From: Minisyncoccota bacterium
GTDB taxonomy: Bacteria; Patescibacteriota; Minisyncoccia; Phycocordibacterales; UBA6899
Direction of reading: 5' to 3'
Length of the DNA stretch: 64,000 nucleotides
Assembly: GCA_035583355.1 (NCBI GenBank)
Contig: DATEZQ010000011.1
Span: forward strand, 19,648 to 83,647
The notes under the pieces were generated by a model. The model worked only from the letters and a program-made list of their open reading frames with translations, had not been told where the DNA came from and searched no databases. Positions 20,621 to 29,233 of the stretch are shown here, piece by piece. The translations under genes and the position numbers were made by a program. How positions within the stretch are numbered: position 1 is the stretch's first letter; the number at the start of each line of letters is the position of its first letter.

Positions 20621-21739
20621 ATGATAGAGAGGCATATTCACAAAAAAATCAGTAAAAAGGCCATACTTTTCGGTATGGTCTTTTGCCTTTTGCTTCCCAG
20701 TACATTGTATGCACAGGAGGAGTTCCATCCGGAAGGTTTTTCGGCTGAACCTGCGATACTTCGTGTCTCCGTGGAAAGAGGAGGGCAGTTTCGCTCGTTC
20801 TTTAGTCTTCTAAATTCAGGTGATACGGCACTTACGCTCGATATTCTTGTCGCTGATTTCGTACCAATAAACAGTACGGGGGGAGTGCAAAAGATGGAAG
20901 GTATCCCTGAGAAGGATGATCCTGTGCGCGCATCGGGTTGGTTTTCAATTCCTGAGGGTCCGCTTATAGTTCCTCCAAGGCAGAAGTTGCGCGTCCCATT
21001 CTCTATTTCGGTCCCTTCAGATGCAAATCCTGGTGGGCGCTCCGTCGTTATTGAGCTTGAAACCAGGGGTGGATCTGCGCGTGAGCGTATGAATATGCTC
21101 AACTTCGTGACTGTGCCAGGAGAAGCGAAGGAGCAGCTCACTATTCTTTCATTTGGACGAGATGCCATAATGACCGCTACTGCACATGGTACCTTTAGTC
21201 TTTTGCTCAAGAATGACGGCGAGACACATTTGCGACCGGAGGGGGAAGTGGTGGTACGTAATATGTTCGGAGTTGAACGTGGCCGTTATTCACTCGAAGG
21301 TCTACTTGCTCCGGGTACTATCATACCCAATGCAAAGCGCAGTGTTGAGTATAAGTGGGTTGGCTCACTGAGTGCATTTGATTTTGGCCTATGGAATGCA
21401 CGCGTTGCGCTGCGTTACGGTGAGGGTGGAGCAAACTCTGTGGGAGACCGTACCTTTTTCCTCGTACTTCCATGGAGGGCATTTCTGCTTATTGTATTTA
21501 TCTTGGGTGGTTCGGTGCGATTCTTTATGTATGCGGTGGCGCGTTTACGAAAAGACCTTGCGCATATTTCCATAGACAATGATGGTGCTGCCGTTGAGAG
21601 AACCGTAAGCGTTCAGTTGCTCATCATTCCGTTTATCGCAGGCCTGTTGTTGCTTGTTGTGGTGACAGGAACAATGTTTTCTCTTCTTTCGGGGAAAAAT
21701 GAGGGGTCATTTGAGCGAGTACAAAAAGTAAATCGATAG
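20621..21739 (+). CDS. Cell-surface protein, signal peptide plus C-terminal TM anchor (paralog 2 of 3)
   Basis: Signal peptide. WFSIPEGPLIVPPRQKLRVPFSISVPSDANPGGRSVVIELE block aligns with paralog 1. C-terminal TM AFLLIVFILGGSVRFFMYAVARLRKD. Confidence 0.55.
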   Translation: MIERHIHKKISKKAILFGMVFCLLLPSTLYAQEEFHPEGFSAEPAILRVSVERGGQFRSFFSLLNSGDTALTLDILVADFVPINSTGGVQKMEGIPEKDDPVRASGWFSIPEGPLIVPPRQKLRVPFSISVPSDANPGGRSVVIELETRGGSARERMNMLNFVTVPGEAKEQLTILSFGRDAIMTATAHGTFSLLLKNDGETHLRPEGEVVVRNMFGVERGRYSLEGLLAPGTIIPNAKRSVEYKWVGSLSAFDFGLWNARVALRYGEGGANSVGDRTFFLVLPWRAFLLIVFILGGSVRFFMYAVARLRKDLAHISIDNDGAAVERTVSVQLLIIPFIAGLLLLVVVTGTMFSLLSGKNEGSFERVQKVNR

Positions 21740-21780
21740 ACGCACAAACTTTCCACAGGTTGTGCGTTTTTTATACAGAG

Positions 21781-22010
21781 TTGTCCACAGTTTTATGCAC
21801 AGTTTATTAACAAATGTAGTATAATTACAGTTAGGAGGCCGTCCTCCACGAGTAAAGATATTCGATGATCTTCTCGTGCGCATAAGAAGCGGGTTTTCCA
21901 CTTTCGGCGTTATTTATAACGCTTATAGCAGCTGTACCACTCGGTACAACTTTTGCGCCCCACTTATACGTTTAAATAGCGTCCCATAACGCTGTTTAGC
22001 AGGTTTTAAA
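21781..22010 (+). promoter_or_regulatory. Conserved promoter plus long 5' leader of surface-protein gene A
   Basis: Shares ordered blocks with the leader of gene B: ttgtccacag, tgtagtataattaca (TATAAT -10-like), taggagg...cctcc hairpin, gcgcataag, gcgggttttccactttc, gtcccataac. Confidence 0.5.
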
Positions 22011-23195
22011 ATGACATATTCACAATCCCTTGCTTTCTTTAGGGAGCAGAAGGCGTTTTCCGCCTTTCTGTCTGTCATTGTGATTATCAGTTCGGTAGGA
22101 GCAGTTTTTGCAACGCAAGTTGCCTCAGCTGCAAACCTTGCTTTTGGAAATGTGACCGATACGATGAGTAACGCTCGCCTTTCAACTGCAGGGACAACGT
22201 ATTACTCAGCACATACATTCAAGTTCACTCCGAAAGTGGACATCACTGGCGGACAAGCGGTGACGTTTACTTTCCGCGCAGACGATGCAAGTATGGGCAG
22301 AGGGAATACAGGTACAAATTTCGATGCAGCATTGATTGATAACCAGGACGTTTCCATTCCAGGAAAGGTCATCGGTTCAAGCTGTGGAGGTGGTGAGAAT
22401 TTCTCATTCACTACTACAGCTACAGTGTTGACGCTGAGTACGTGCCCAGGTAATACCATTGCCTCTACATCACCTTTTGTTGTTACTTTTGGTAGCAGTA
22501 CGAGGAATATGATAAAGACTCCGGCACCTGGTCCAACGTATGATGCGTATAGCTATCAGATCGATATTGCTGGTCCAGCAAGTCAGTTCTCGTCAACGCT
22601 TGTTGCGCTCGTCAGTAATGTACTGGTTTCTGCTTCAGTGGATCCAGTGTTCAACTTCACTATTTCGGGTCTTGCAAGTAGCACTACACGTGATGGAAAG
22701 TTGATCGATATTGATACCTCTACTTCAAGTATCGCTTATGGAGCACTTCCTGTGGGGACACCGGTCACCGCAGCACAAGAGCTTCAGGTGACAACAAATG
22801 CAAAAACGGGCTTCAATGTTACGGTAGTCGCTGATCAACCATTCCAGTCATCAAATGGCTCGGTGATCGATGGCTTCAGTGCAACAGCGGGAGCACCACA
22901 GGCATTTGTTGCGCCTACGGGCATACTTGCAGATGATACGACATGGGGTCACATTGCGTTGTCTACGGATGATGCGAATATTCCCGGCGCTGCAACATTG
23001 AGTGGTGATAAGTGGACGGGAGACTTTGTGCGCGGTATTCCTGTTTCTGTCTTTGGTAATGCTTCGTCAACCGCAGGTGTTGGCGTAGGCTTGGGTACGA
23101 CTACGGTCTTTTATAGAACGCAGATCAGCCCACTTCAAGAGGCGGCAACAGATTACTTCACCAATCTCATCTACGTCGCAACTCCAACGTTCTAG
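22011..23195 (+). CDS. Thr/Ser/Gly/Val-rich secreted surface protein A (S-layer-like or WxL-like)
   Basis: 394 aa. N-terminus MTYSQSLAFFREQKAFSAFLSVIVIISSVGAVFATQVASA (signal). Almost no charged residues. C-terminus FVRGIPVSVFGNASSTAGVGVGLGTTTVFYRTQISPLQEAATDYFTNLIYVATPTF is shared with B. Confidence 0.6.
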   Translation: MTYSQSLAFFREQKAFSAFLSVIVIISSVGAVFATQVASAANLAFGNVTDTMSNARLSTAGTTYYSAHTFKFTPKVDITGGQAVTFTFRADDASMGRGNTGTNFDAALIDNQDVSIPGKVIGSSCGGGENFSFTTTATVLTLSTCPGNTIASTSPFVVTFGSSTRNMIKTPAPGPTYDAYSYQIDIAGPASQFSSTLVALVSNVLVSASVDPVFNFTISGLASSTTRDGKLIDIDTSTSSIAYGALPVGTPVTAAQELQVTTNAKTGFNVTVVADQPFQSSNGSVIDGFSATAGAPQAFVAPTGILADDTTWGHIALSTDDANIPGAATLSGDKWTGDFVRGIPVSVFGNASSTAGVGVGLGTTTVFYRTQISPLQEAATDYFTNLIYVATPTF

Positions 23196-23369
23196 CGATA
23201 ACACCTAAAGAAAGCAAAACGGAGAAAACGCACCATTTATGGAGGCGTATTTTCCGTATTAGGAAAGAATTTGCATTTGCTATTCGGTTATGAAAGGGGG
23301 TATGGGGATAACTTTTTACTGTCAACGAGGTTGTGAGAAGCTTATGCACATCTTGTGCATACTTTTTTA

Positions 23370-23609
23370 TTAGTTGTCCACAGGTTTATCAGCAGGTTGT
23401 TCACATCTGTAGTATAATTACATGTAGGAGGTAATCCTCCGCCAGCTGGTGAAAAAGCCATCTGGGGCGCATAAGTTTGCGGGTTTTCCACTTTCCATAG
23501 CGTCGTCGAAAAACGCTACAGCACTTATGTATTTACGCTTGTAATTACATTTTTGCACCCACGCTTATTCGTCTAAGCGGTGTCCCATAACACTGCTTGT
23601 ATAGTTCTT
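23370..23609 (+). promoter_or_regulatory. Conserved promoter plus long 5' leader of surface-protein gene B
   Basis: Same ordered conserved blocks as the leader of gene A, see 21781-22010. The two proteins' N-termini and C-termini are also conserved. Confidence 0.5.
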
Positions 23610-24785
23610 ATGAATTACACAAAATTGTTTGCTTACTTCAGGGAACAGAAGGCATTTACTGCTTTCCTTAGTGCCTTGATGGTTATTAGTACCGTCTCAG
23701 CAGTATTTGCAGGTCGCTATGCGTCCGCAGCTACTATCGCAATCAGAAATGTAAGCGATACGCTGGACAATGCGCGTATTAGTACGGGTGCAGTCACACA
23801 GTACTCAATACATAAGTTTGTATTTCAGCCAAAGGTTGATATTGCTGAGGGTTCACCCCTTAGTTTCAAGTTCTACCCTAATGCTGATGTTACAAATTTC
23901 GATCTTAGCCTCCTTTCTCTGGGTTCCGATATCGCAGTTGCGGGAAAGACCGTCAACGCCACACTCGGAGCTTGTGGAGCAGCTGACTTTATGGCTACGG
24001 TTGCGGCAGATCAGCTTGATCTGACGCCATGTGTTGGTCATGGAGTAATGTCATCGTCAACTGTATATACAGTTACGATTGGTAGCGCTGCGGGTAATAA
24101 GATCGTGAATCCTCAGCCAACTTCAGCTACAGCAGCGAACTACATGATTGAGCTCTTCAACACTGCAACAACGCAGTCAACACGTATTCGTGTTGCACTC
24201 GTTGAGAATGTTGACGTGACCGCTCAGGTTGATCCAATCTTTGACTTCACTGTTTCTGGTATCGCAAGTACGACGGTTACGTCATACGGTGCTATCACGA
24301 CAGACTCAAGCACATCGACGATCAACTACGGAATTCTCCCAGTAAACGTTGCGCAGACCGCTGCACAAATGCTCCAGGTGAAGACCAATGCACGTCAGGG
24401 CTTCAATGTCACAGTCGTTTCAGACCAGCCATTCCAGTCTCAAAACGGTGCAATCATCGATGGTCTTGCAGCATCGGCTCCGGCAGCGTGGTCAGTTCCA
24501 ACAGCAAATGTAAATGATGACATTACGTGGGGTCATATCGGTGTCTCTTCGGATGATACTGCTATCCCAAATGGTGGCATCTATGCATATGCAGGACAGG
24601 CATATACTGGTGATTTCGTTCGCGGAACAGCAGTATCTATCTTTGGAAATGCATCATCGACCGCAGGTGTTGGTTCAGGAACAGGTACGACAACCGTCTA
24701 CTACAAGACTGAAATCAGCCCACTCCAGGAAGCAGCAACGGATTACCACATGAATCTCATTTACGTGGCAACCCCAACCTTCTAA
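23610..24785 (+). CDS. Paralogous surface protein B
   Basis: Start ATG at 23610 (MNYTKLFAYFREQKAFTAFLSALMVISTVSAVFA) by alignment to A (MTYSQSLAFFREQKAFSAF...). The ORF-track start at 23580 is an upstream TTG. C-terminus ...TTTVYYKTEISPLQEAATDYHMNLIYVATPTF. Confidence 0.6.
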   Translation: MNYTKLFAYFREQKAFTAFLSALMVISTVSAVFAGRYASAATIAIRNVSDTLDNARISTGAVTQYSIHKFVFQPKVDIAEGSPLSFKFYPNADVTNFDLSLLSLGSDIAVAGKTVNATLGACGAADFMATVAADQLDLTPCVGHGVMSSSTVYTVTIGSAAGNKIVNPQPTSATAANYMIELFNTATTQSTRIRVALVENVDVTAQVDPIFDFTVSGIASTTVTSYGAITTDSSTSTINYGILPVNVAQTAAQMLQVKTNARQGFNVTVVSDQPFQSQNGAIIDGLAASAPAAWSVPTANVNDDITWGHIGVSSDDTAIPNGGIYAYAGQAYTGDFVRGTAVSIFGNASSTAGVGSGTGTTTVYYKTEISPLQEAATDYHMNLIYVATPTF

Positions 24786-24802
24786 TACTGAAGAAAGCAA
24801 AA

Positions 24803-24837
24803 GAAATACACTCCTTTATGGGGGGTGTATTTTTTTC
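24803..24837 (+). terminator. Rho-independent terminator after gene B
   Basis: aaatacactcc-tttatgg-ggggtgtattttttt. Overlaps the ORF-track start of sufB at 24818, so I moved the sufB start to 24863. Confidence 0.55.
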
Positions 24838-24862
24838 TGCTTCTGCTATATTGCGTAGAACG

Positions 24863-26191
24863 ATGCTAAATAGCGCAGTACAATTTGGTCCAACCGAGGA
24901 GTTGGTGCGACATATTTCTGCGGTGAAAGATGAACCAGCTTGGATGCTCGATCTTCGTCTTAACGCACTACGTCTGTGGCAAGAGACTCCAATGCCCACA
25001 TGGGGGCCTGATCTTTCAGGGCTCGATTTTAGTGGTATGTCGTATTTTGCCGATCCTCTTGTTGATGAGCAGTACTCATGGAGTGGGGTACCTAAGGAGA
25101 TCAAACAAACATTCATTGACCTCGGTATACCTGAAGCAGAGCGCGAGTACTTGGGTGGTGTTGGGGCGCAGTTCGACTCGGGGTCAGTGTATCACCACTT
25201 GAAAGCAACACTTGAGGCAAAGGGGGTGCTATTTGAAAACATGGATACTGCGGTGGAAAAGTATCCAGAACTTGTGCGCGAGTATTTTATGACTTCTTGT
25301 GTGGCAATTGGGGAACATAAGTTTGCCATGTTGCATGCCGCTTGCTGGAGTGGTGGGACGTTTATCTACGTCCCCAAAGGAGTCACTGTGGAGTTGCCAC
25401 TTCAAGCGTATTTCCGCATGAATAAAATGCACTCCGCACAGTTCGAACACACACTCATTATCGCGGATGAGGAGTCGAGTATTACCTATATCGAAGGGTG
25501 CTCGGCGCCGCAGTACACCGCATCATCATTGCATGCAGGTTGCGTGGAAATATTTGTGAAGAGGAATGCGGCAGTGCGCTATATCTCTGTGGAGAATTGG
25601 TCGAAGAATACGTTTAACCTCAATACGAAGAAAGCGATTATCGGTGCTGATGCCAGGATGACATGGGTAGGCGGGAATATGGGAAGCAAGGTAAGTATGC
25701 TCTATCCCTCATCCGTACTCCTCGGCGATCGCGGGAAGAGTGAAGCGCTTAGTGTTGTTGTTGCGGGAGCGGGGCAAGTACAAGATGTGGGCGCAAAGGT
25801 GATTCATATTGGTAAGGATACTTCGTCAATGATACGCTCGAAGTCAATTTCCAAAGATGGTGGAATTTCTCATTACCGAGGCTTAGTGAAAATTCTTCCA
25901 ATGGCAATTGGCGCAACCACTCATGTGCAATGTGATGGGTTACTGCTTGATAACAATTCTATTTCAAGCGCACTTCCTGTGTACAAGATAGAGAACGCAC
26001 ATACCCACGCTGCACACGAGGCGCGCGTTGGTCGTGTTGATATGGAGGCACTTTTTTATGCAAAAAGTAGGGGGCTTAGTGAGGCTGAGGCAATACGTAT
26101 GCTCGTGGGTGGTTTCGTTGCGCCGATTGCTGCCGCACTCCCTTTGGAGTATGCAATTGAATTCAATAGACTTCTTGATCTGGAGTTTTAA
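24863..26191 (+). CDS. sufB: Fe-S cluster assembly protein SufB
   Basis: SufB/SufD family C-terminal beta-helix region. Conserved EHTLIIADEESSITYIEGCSAP and HAAHEARVGRVDMEALFY blocks. Start taken at the first ATG after the terminator. Confidence 0.85.
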   Translation: MLNSAVQFGPTEELVRHISAVKDEPAWMLDLRLNALRLWQETPMPTWGPDLSGLDFSGMSYFADPLVDEQYSWSGVPKEIKQTFIDLGIPEAEREYLGGVGAQFDSGSVYHHLKATLEAKGVLFENMDTAVEKYPELVREYFMTSCVAIGEHKFAMLHAACWSGGTFIYVPKGVTVELPLQAYFRMNKMHSAQFEHTLIIADEESSITYIEGCSAPQYTASSLHAGCVEIFVKRNAAVRYISVENWSKNTFNLNTKKAIIGADARMTWVGGNMGSKVSMLYPSSVLLGDRGKSEALSVVVAGAGQVQDVGAKVIHIGKDTSSMIRSKSISKDGGISHYRGLVKILPMAIGATTHVQCDGLLLDNNSISSALPVYKIENAHTHAAHEARVGRVDMEALFYAKSRGLSEAEAIRMLVGGFVAPIAAALPLEYAIEFNRLLDLEF

Positions 26192-26240
26192 TGCTCCTCG
26201 ACACGAAACGTATAAGCCATTATGATTAGATAAATAGCGT

Positions 26241-27374
26241 ATGGAACAACGAACACAAGAGCCAGCATGGCTGACTACATGGAGGAACGAGGCAAGGAGT
26301 GCTGCAGAGCATCTGCCTGAATCGGTGACGTACGAAGGGGGTATTAAAGGGGTTTTTTCTCATACTCCGAGCTTTGATGGAGAAGCGCCAACCTATCGCG
26401 TAGTGAGTATTGAAAAGGAACTTGAGCTCTATACGCTCAAGGAGGCATATGAAACACTCGGAATAAATGATTTGCTTAAGGGCCTTTTGGGAAGCTCGCT
26501 GGTTCCATTACCACTTATACAAGCAGAAGCGATGGCGCGCGCGAAGATTGTGAGTGGTCTTTTCTGCTATGTGCAACCGAAGATTGATGAAGTCGGTACT
26601 TTTGTGGAGCAAAAGATTTCGCTCGAGACGACGCTCGGTGCAAAAAGCGCAGCAGATATTCTTGTTGTTATTGCAAAGACCGGCGCGCGCGTCGTTATTG
26701 AACACAGCTTTGCTGGTGCGTCGGATTCAAGTACGCTTTGGAGGACATGTATCGTGGTATGCGAAGAAGGTGCCGAAGTTCGATTTATCGATGAAGTAGA
26801 TCAAGTATCGGGTGCAATTGCAGTCGACCGTTTTGGACTTATTGGCGATCGTGCGAAGGTGGATTGGATTGAGAATATATCAGCTCCAATACTTTATCGC
26901 TCTCATATGACGAATATGCTTGCAGGTGCTGACGCGAGCGCAAAAGTTGAGCATGTGCTCCTTGCGCAAGCTGAGGCACAATATGATATCAGTGCACAAT
27001 CATTACTTCGCGCAGAAGGTACAAGAAGTAATATTGTTGCGATTGGGGCAGTGTATCAAAGAGGACATATTATCTATCAAAGTAATAGTGATACGGGCAA
27101 TGCCGCAGCACATGCAAAGGGGGAGGAGCATGCAAAGTTCCTGCTTCTTGATGATGCTGCGCGTGTTGACGTGGTGCCATTGCTTACGGTAGGGAATAGT
27201 TCAGCACAGGCGGAGCATCGTGTGGTGGTAACGCATGTTCGTGATGAGGAAATGTTTTATGCATCAGCAAAAGGTCTTGGTGTAGAAAATGCCCGCCTAC
27301 TTGCACTCGAGGGATTCTTTGCGGAGGCAAAGCATTCAGATCGATTACGGGCAAAATTAATAAGCCTCGCGTAA
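26241..27374 (+). CDS. sufD: Fe-S cluster assembly protein SufD
   Basis: 377 aa. SufBD-family C-terminal region (HRVVVTHVRDEEMFYASAKGL). Placed between sufB and sufC. Confidence 0.75.
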   Translation: MEQRTQEPAWLTTWRNEARSAAEHLPESVTYEGGIKGVFSHTPSFDGEAPTYRVVSIEKELELYTLKEAYETLGINDLLKGLLGSSLVPLPLIQAEAMARAKIVSGLFCYVQPKIDEVGTFVEQKISLETTLGAKSAADILVVIAKTGARVVIEHSFAGASDSSTLWRTCIVVCEEGAEVRFIDEVDQVSGAIAVDRFGLIGDRAKVDWIENISAPILYRSHMTNMLAGADASAKVEHVLLAQAEAQYDISAQSLLRAEGTRSNIVAIGAVYQRGHIIYQSNSDTGNAAAHAKGEEHAKFLLLDDAARVDVVPLLTVGNSSAQAEHRVVVTHVRDEEMFYASAKGLGVENARLLALEGFFAEAKHSDRLRAKLISLA

Positions 27375-27387
27375 TAAAATAACACAT

Positions 27388-28122
27388 ATGTCTACGTTGC
27401 AGCTTTCAAAAGTTTCGGTGAGCGCTCATGAGAAGGTGGTGGTCAAAGATTTTGATCTTACGCTCCATCTTGGAGAACTCTATGTGCTGATGGGTGCAAA
27501 TGGGTCCGGGAAGTCTTCACTTGTGAACGGCATCTTCGGTCACCCTAAATACACTCTAACGGGCGGAACTATTTTGCTTGACAATGAAGACATAACGCAG
27601 TTTGTTACTGAGGAAAAAGCACGCAAGGGTTTGTTTCTTTCGATGCAACACCTCCCAAATATTGCAGGTGTAACTCTTGTAAATTTCCTTCACCGTATTG
27701 CGAAAGAAGTGTATGGAAATACAGATTCTCCGATTGCGTTTTATGATGACCTCGTGAAGTCCGCAGATGAATTTGGTCTTGATAAGGGGTTATTGCTACG
27801 GGAAGTGAATAACGGTCTTTCGGGTGGAGAGAAGAAGCAAGCAGAATTGCTCCAGCTTATTGCACTGCGCCCCCAGTTCGCATTCCTTGATGAGATCGAT
27901 GCAGGCATGGATCTTGATGTGCAGAAGAAGCTACACAGGGTTATTGATCACTTACGTAAGAGTGGGATGGGTATTGTGCTCGTCTCCCATCACTTGCACA
28001 TACTCAAGGAACTCGCACCAGAATCCGTACTTGTGATGAAGGAAGGACGTATCGTCGAGTCTGGTGGTGCTGAGCTCGTCGATCGCATCCTGTCCGAAGG
28101 TTTTGCGGGGCTTGTCGAGTAA
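27388..28122 (+). CDS. sufC: Fe-S cluster assembly ATPase SufC
   Basis: Walker A GANGSGKSSL, ABC signature LSGGEKKQAELLQL, Walker B FAFLDEIDAGMD, H-loop. SufC-like N-terminus (LQLSKVSVSAHEKVVVKDFDL). Confidence 0.85.
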   Translation: MSTLQLSKVSVSAHEKVVVKDFDLTLHLGELYVLMGANGSGKSSLVNGIFGHPKYTLTGGTILLDNEDITQFVTEEKARKGLFLSMQHLPNIAGVTLVNFLHRIAKEVYGNTDSPIAFYDDLVKSADEFGLDKGLLLREVNNGLSGGEKKQAELLQLIALRPQFAFLDEIDAGMDLDVQKKLHRVIDHLRKSGMGIVLVSHHLHILKELAPESVLVMKEGRIVESGGAELVDRILSEGFAGLVE

Positions 28123-28123
28123 T

Positions 28124-28414
28124 ATGACGAAAGATATTAAAATAGAAGACATCGTGCGTGTGCTGAAACGCGTCATCGACCCTGAGATGCATATCGACAT
28201 TTATTCACTGGGGCTTGTTTATGACATCAAGCAGAGTAGCGCTGGTGCACTCGTCACAATGACGCTCACGACGCCACTTTGTCCCTATGCAGATGAAATT
28301 GTTGCCGATGTAAAGAAAGCAGTTGAATCCCTTGGCATGCATGTGGAGGTCAAGGTAACCTTCACTCCTCCTTGGGTGCCGCCCGCAAACCTACGCGCAA
28401 TTTTTGGCGTATAA
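28124..28414 (+). CDS. DUF59 / SufT-like Fe-S assembly accessory protein
   Basis: MTKDIKIEDIVRVLKRVIDPEMHIDIYSLGLVYDI...LTTPLCPYADEI is the MIP18/DUF59 pattern. ATG at 28124 immediately after the sufC stop. Confidence 0.6.
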   Translation: MTKDIKIEDIVRVLKRVIDPEMHIDIYSLGLVYDIKQSSAGALVTMTLTTPLCPYADEIVADVKKAVESLGMHVEVKVTFTPPWVPPANLRAIFGV

Positions 28415-28440
28415 AAAATGGACTTACGTCCATTTTTTAT
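28414..28440. terminator. Bidirectional rho-independent terminator
   Basis: aaaaaatggac-ttac-gtccatttttt. Sits between the convergent suf operon and the dsbA-like gene. Confidence 0.65.
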
Positions 28441-28457
28441 TTTCGGCTTTATTAAGA

Positions 28458-29225
28458 TTAGAGGCCAACCTGAGCGAGCTGTGCCTTGATTGCCTGAAGT
28501 GGAAGAGCTCCATTGATGACGGTCTGCTTTCCTGTCTTCTTATTGAAAGCGACGGTGAATGGTGTTCCCTGAACGCCTGCACGTGCTCCGCTCTCAATGT
28601 CCTTCTGTACACGTCCTGCCATCTTTCCGCTATCAAGACATGCAGAGAACTTTGCTGCGTCGATTCCTGCGGTCTTTGCAATCGGATCAAGCTTTGCGCG
28701 ATCGAGGGCATTGTTTCCAGGGCTGACGGAAAATACAGTGTCTACGAACTTCCAGAATCCTTCTGCTCCTGCAATCTCATTTGCACACTCTGCTGCTTCT
28801 GACTCCTTCTTTGAGTAGGTGTGGAAGTCGAGAGGGTACGAACGGTAGACCCACTGTACCTTGCCCTCGTAATCCTTCATGAGCTGATTCATGCTGTCAT
28901 GATGTCGCTTACAGAATGGGCACTCAAGGTCGGACCATTCAAGGAGGACGACATCTGCGTTTGCATTGCCACGAATGTGGTCATCGCTGCGTATTGCGAG
29001 TTCTGCTTTATCTACAACTACTGCAGGTGGTTGTTGCTGGCCCGCGCCTGCATTTACAACTGCGGCTGGGCTTCCATCACGTGATCCTCCGAGGATGACT
29101 GCTGCGGCGATAAGGCCACCTGCGATGATGATTGCTACAGGAATCGCCATTGGATTTGCCTGTGGTGCTGCGTGAGCAACTGGCTGTGTGTGTTCTTCGT
29201 TGTTCATATTGGATGAGTATAACAT
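28458..29225 (-). CDS. DsbA-like thiol:disulfide oxidoreductase, membrane-anchored
   Basis: N-terminal TM (IPVAIIIAGGLIAAAVILGG). Thioredoxin fold with CPFC active site (LLEWSDLECPFCKRHH). Confidence 0.65.
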   Translation of the reverse strand: MLYSSNMNNEEHTQPVAHAAPQANPMAIPVAIIIAGGLIAAAVILGGSRDGSPAAVVNAGAGQQQPPAVVVDKAELAIRSDDHIRGNANADVVLLEWSDLECPFCKRHHDSMNQLMKDYEGKVQWVYRSYPLDFHTYSKKESEAAECANEIAGAEGFWKFVDTVFSVSPGNNALDRAKLDPIAKTAGIDAAKFSACLDSGKMAGRVQKDIESGARAGVQGTPFTVAFNKKTGKQTVINGALPLQAIKAQLAQVGL

Positions 29226-29233
29226 GATTTTTA

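Noticed and set aside
22011-24785. Type IV pilin identity for surface proteins A and B, suggested by FxEQK at the N-terminus
   Set aside because: There is no G|F(T)LIE prepilin-peptidase site and no Glu at +5 after a plausible cleavage point. The proteins are ~390 aa with a conserved C-terminal motif, more like S-layer or WxL-type surface proteins with an ordinary Sec signal.
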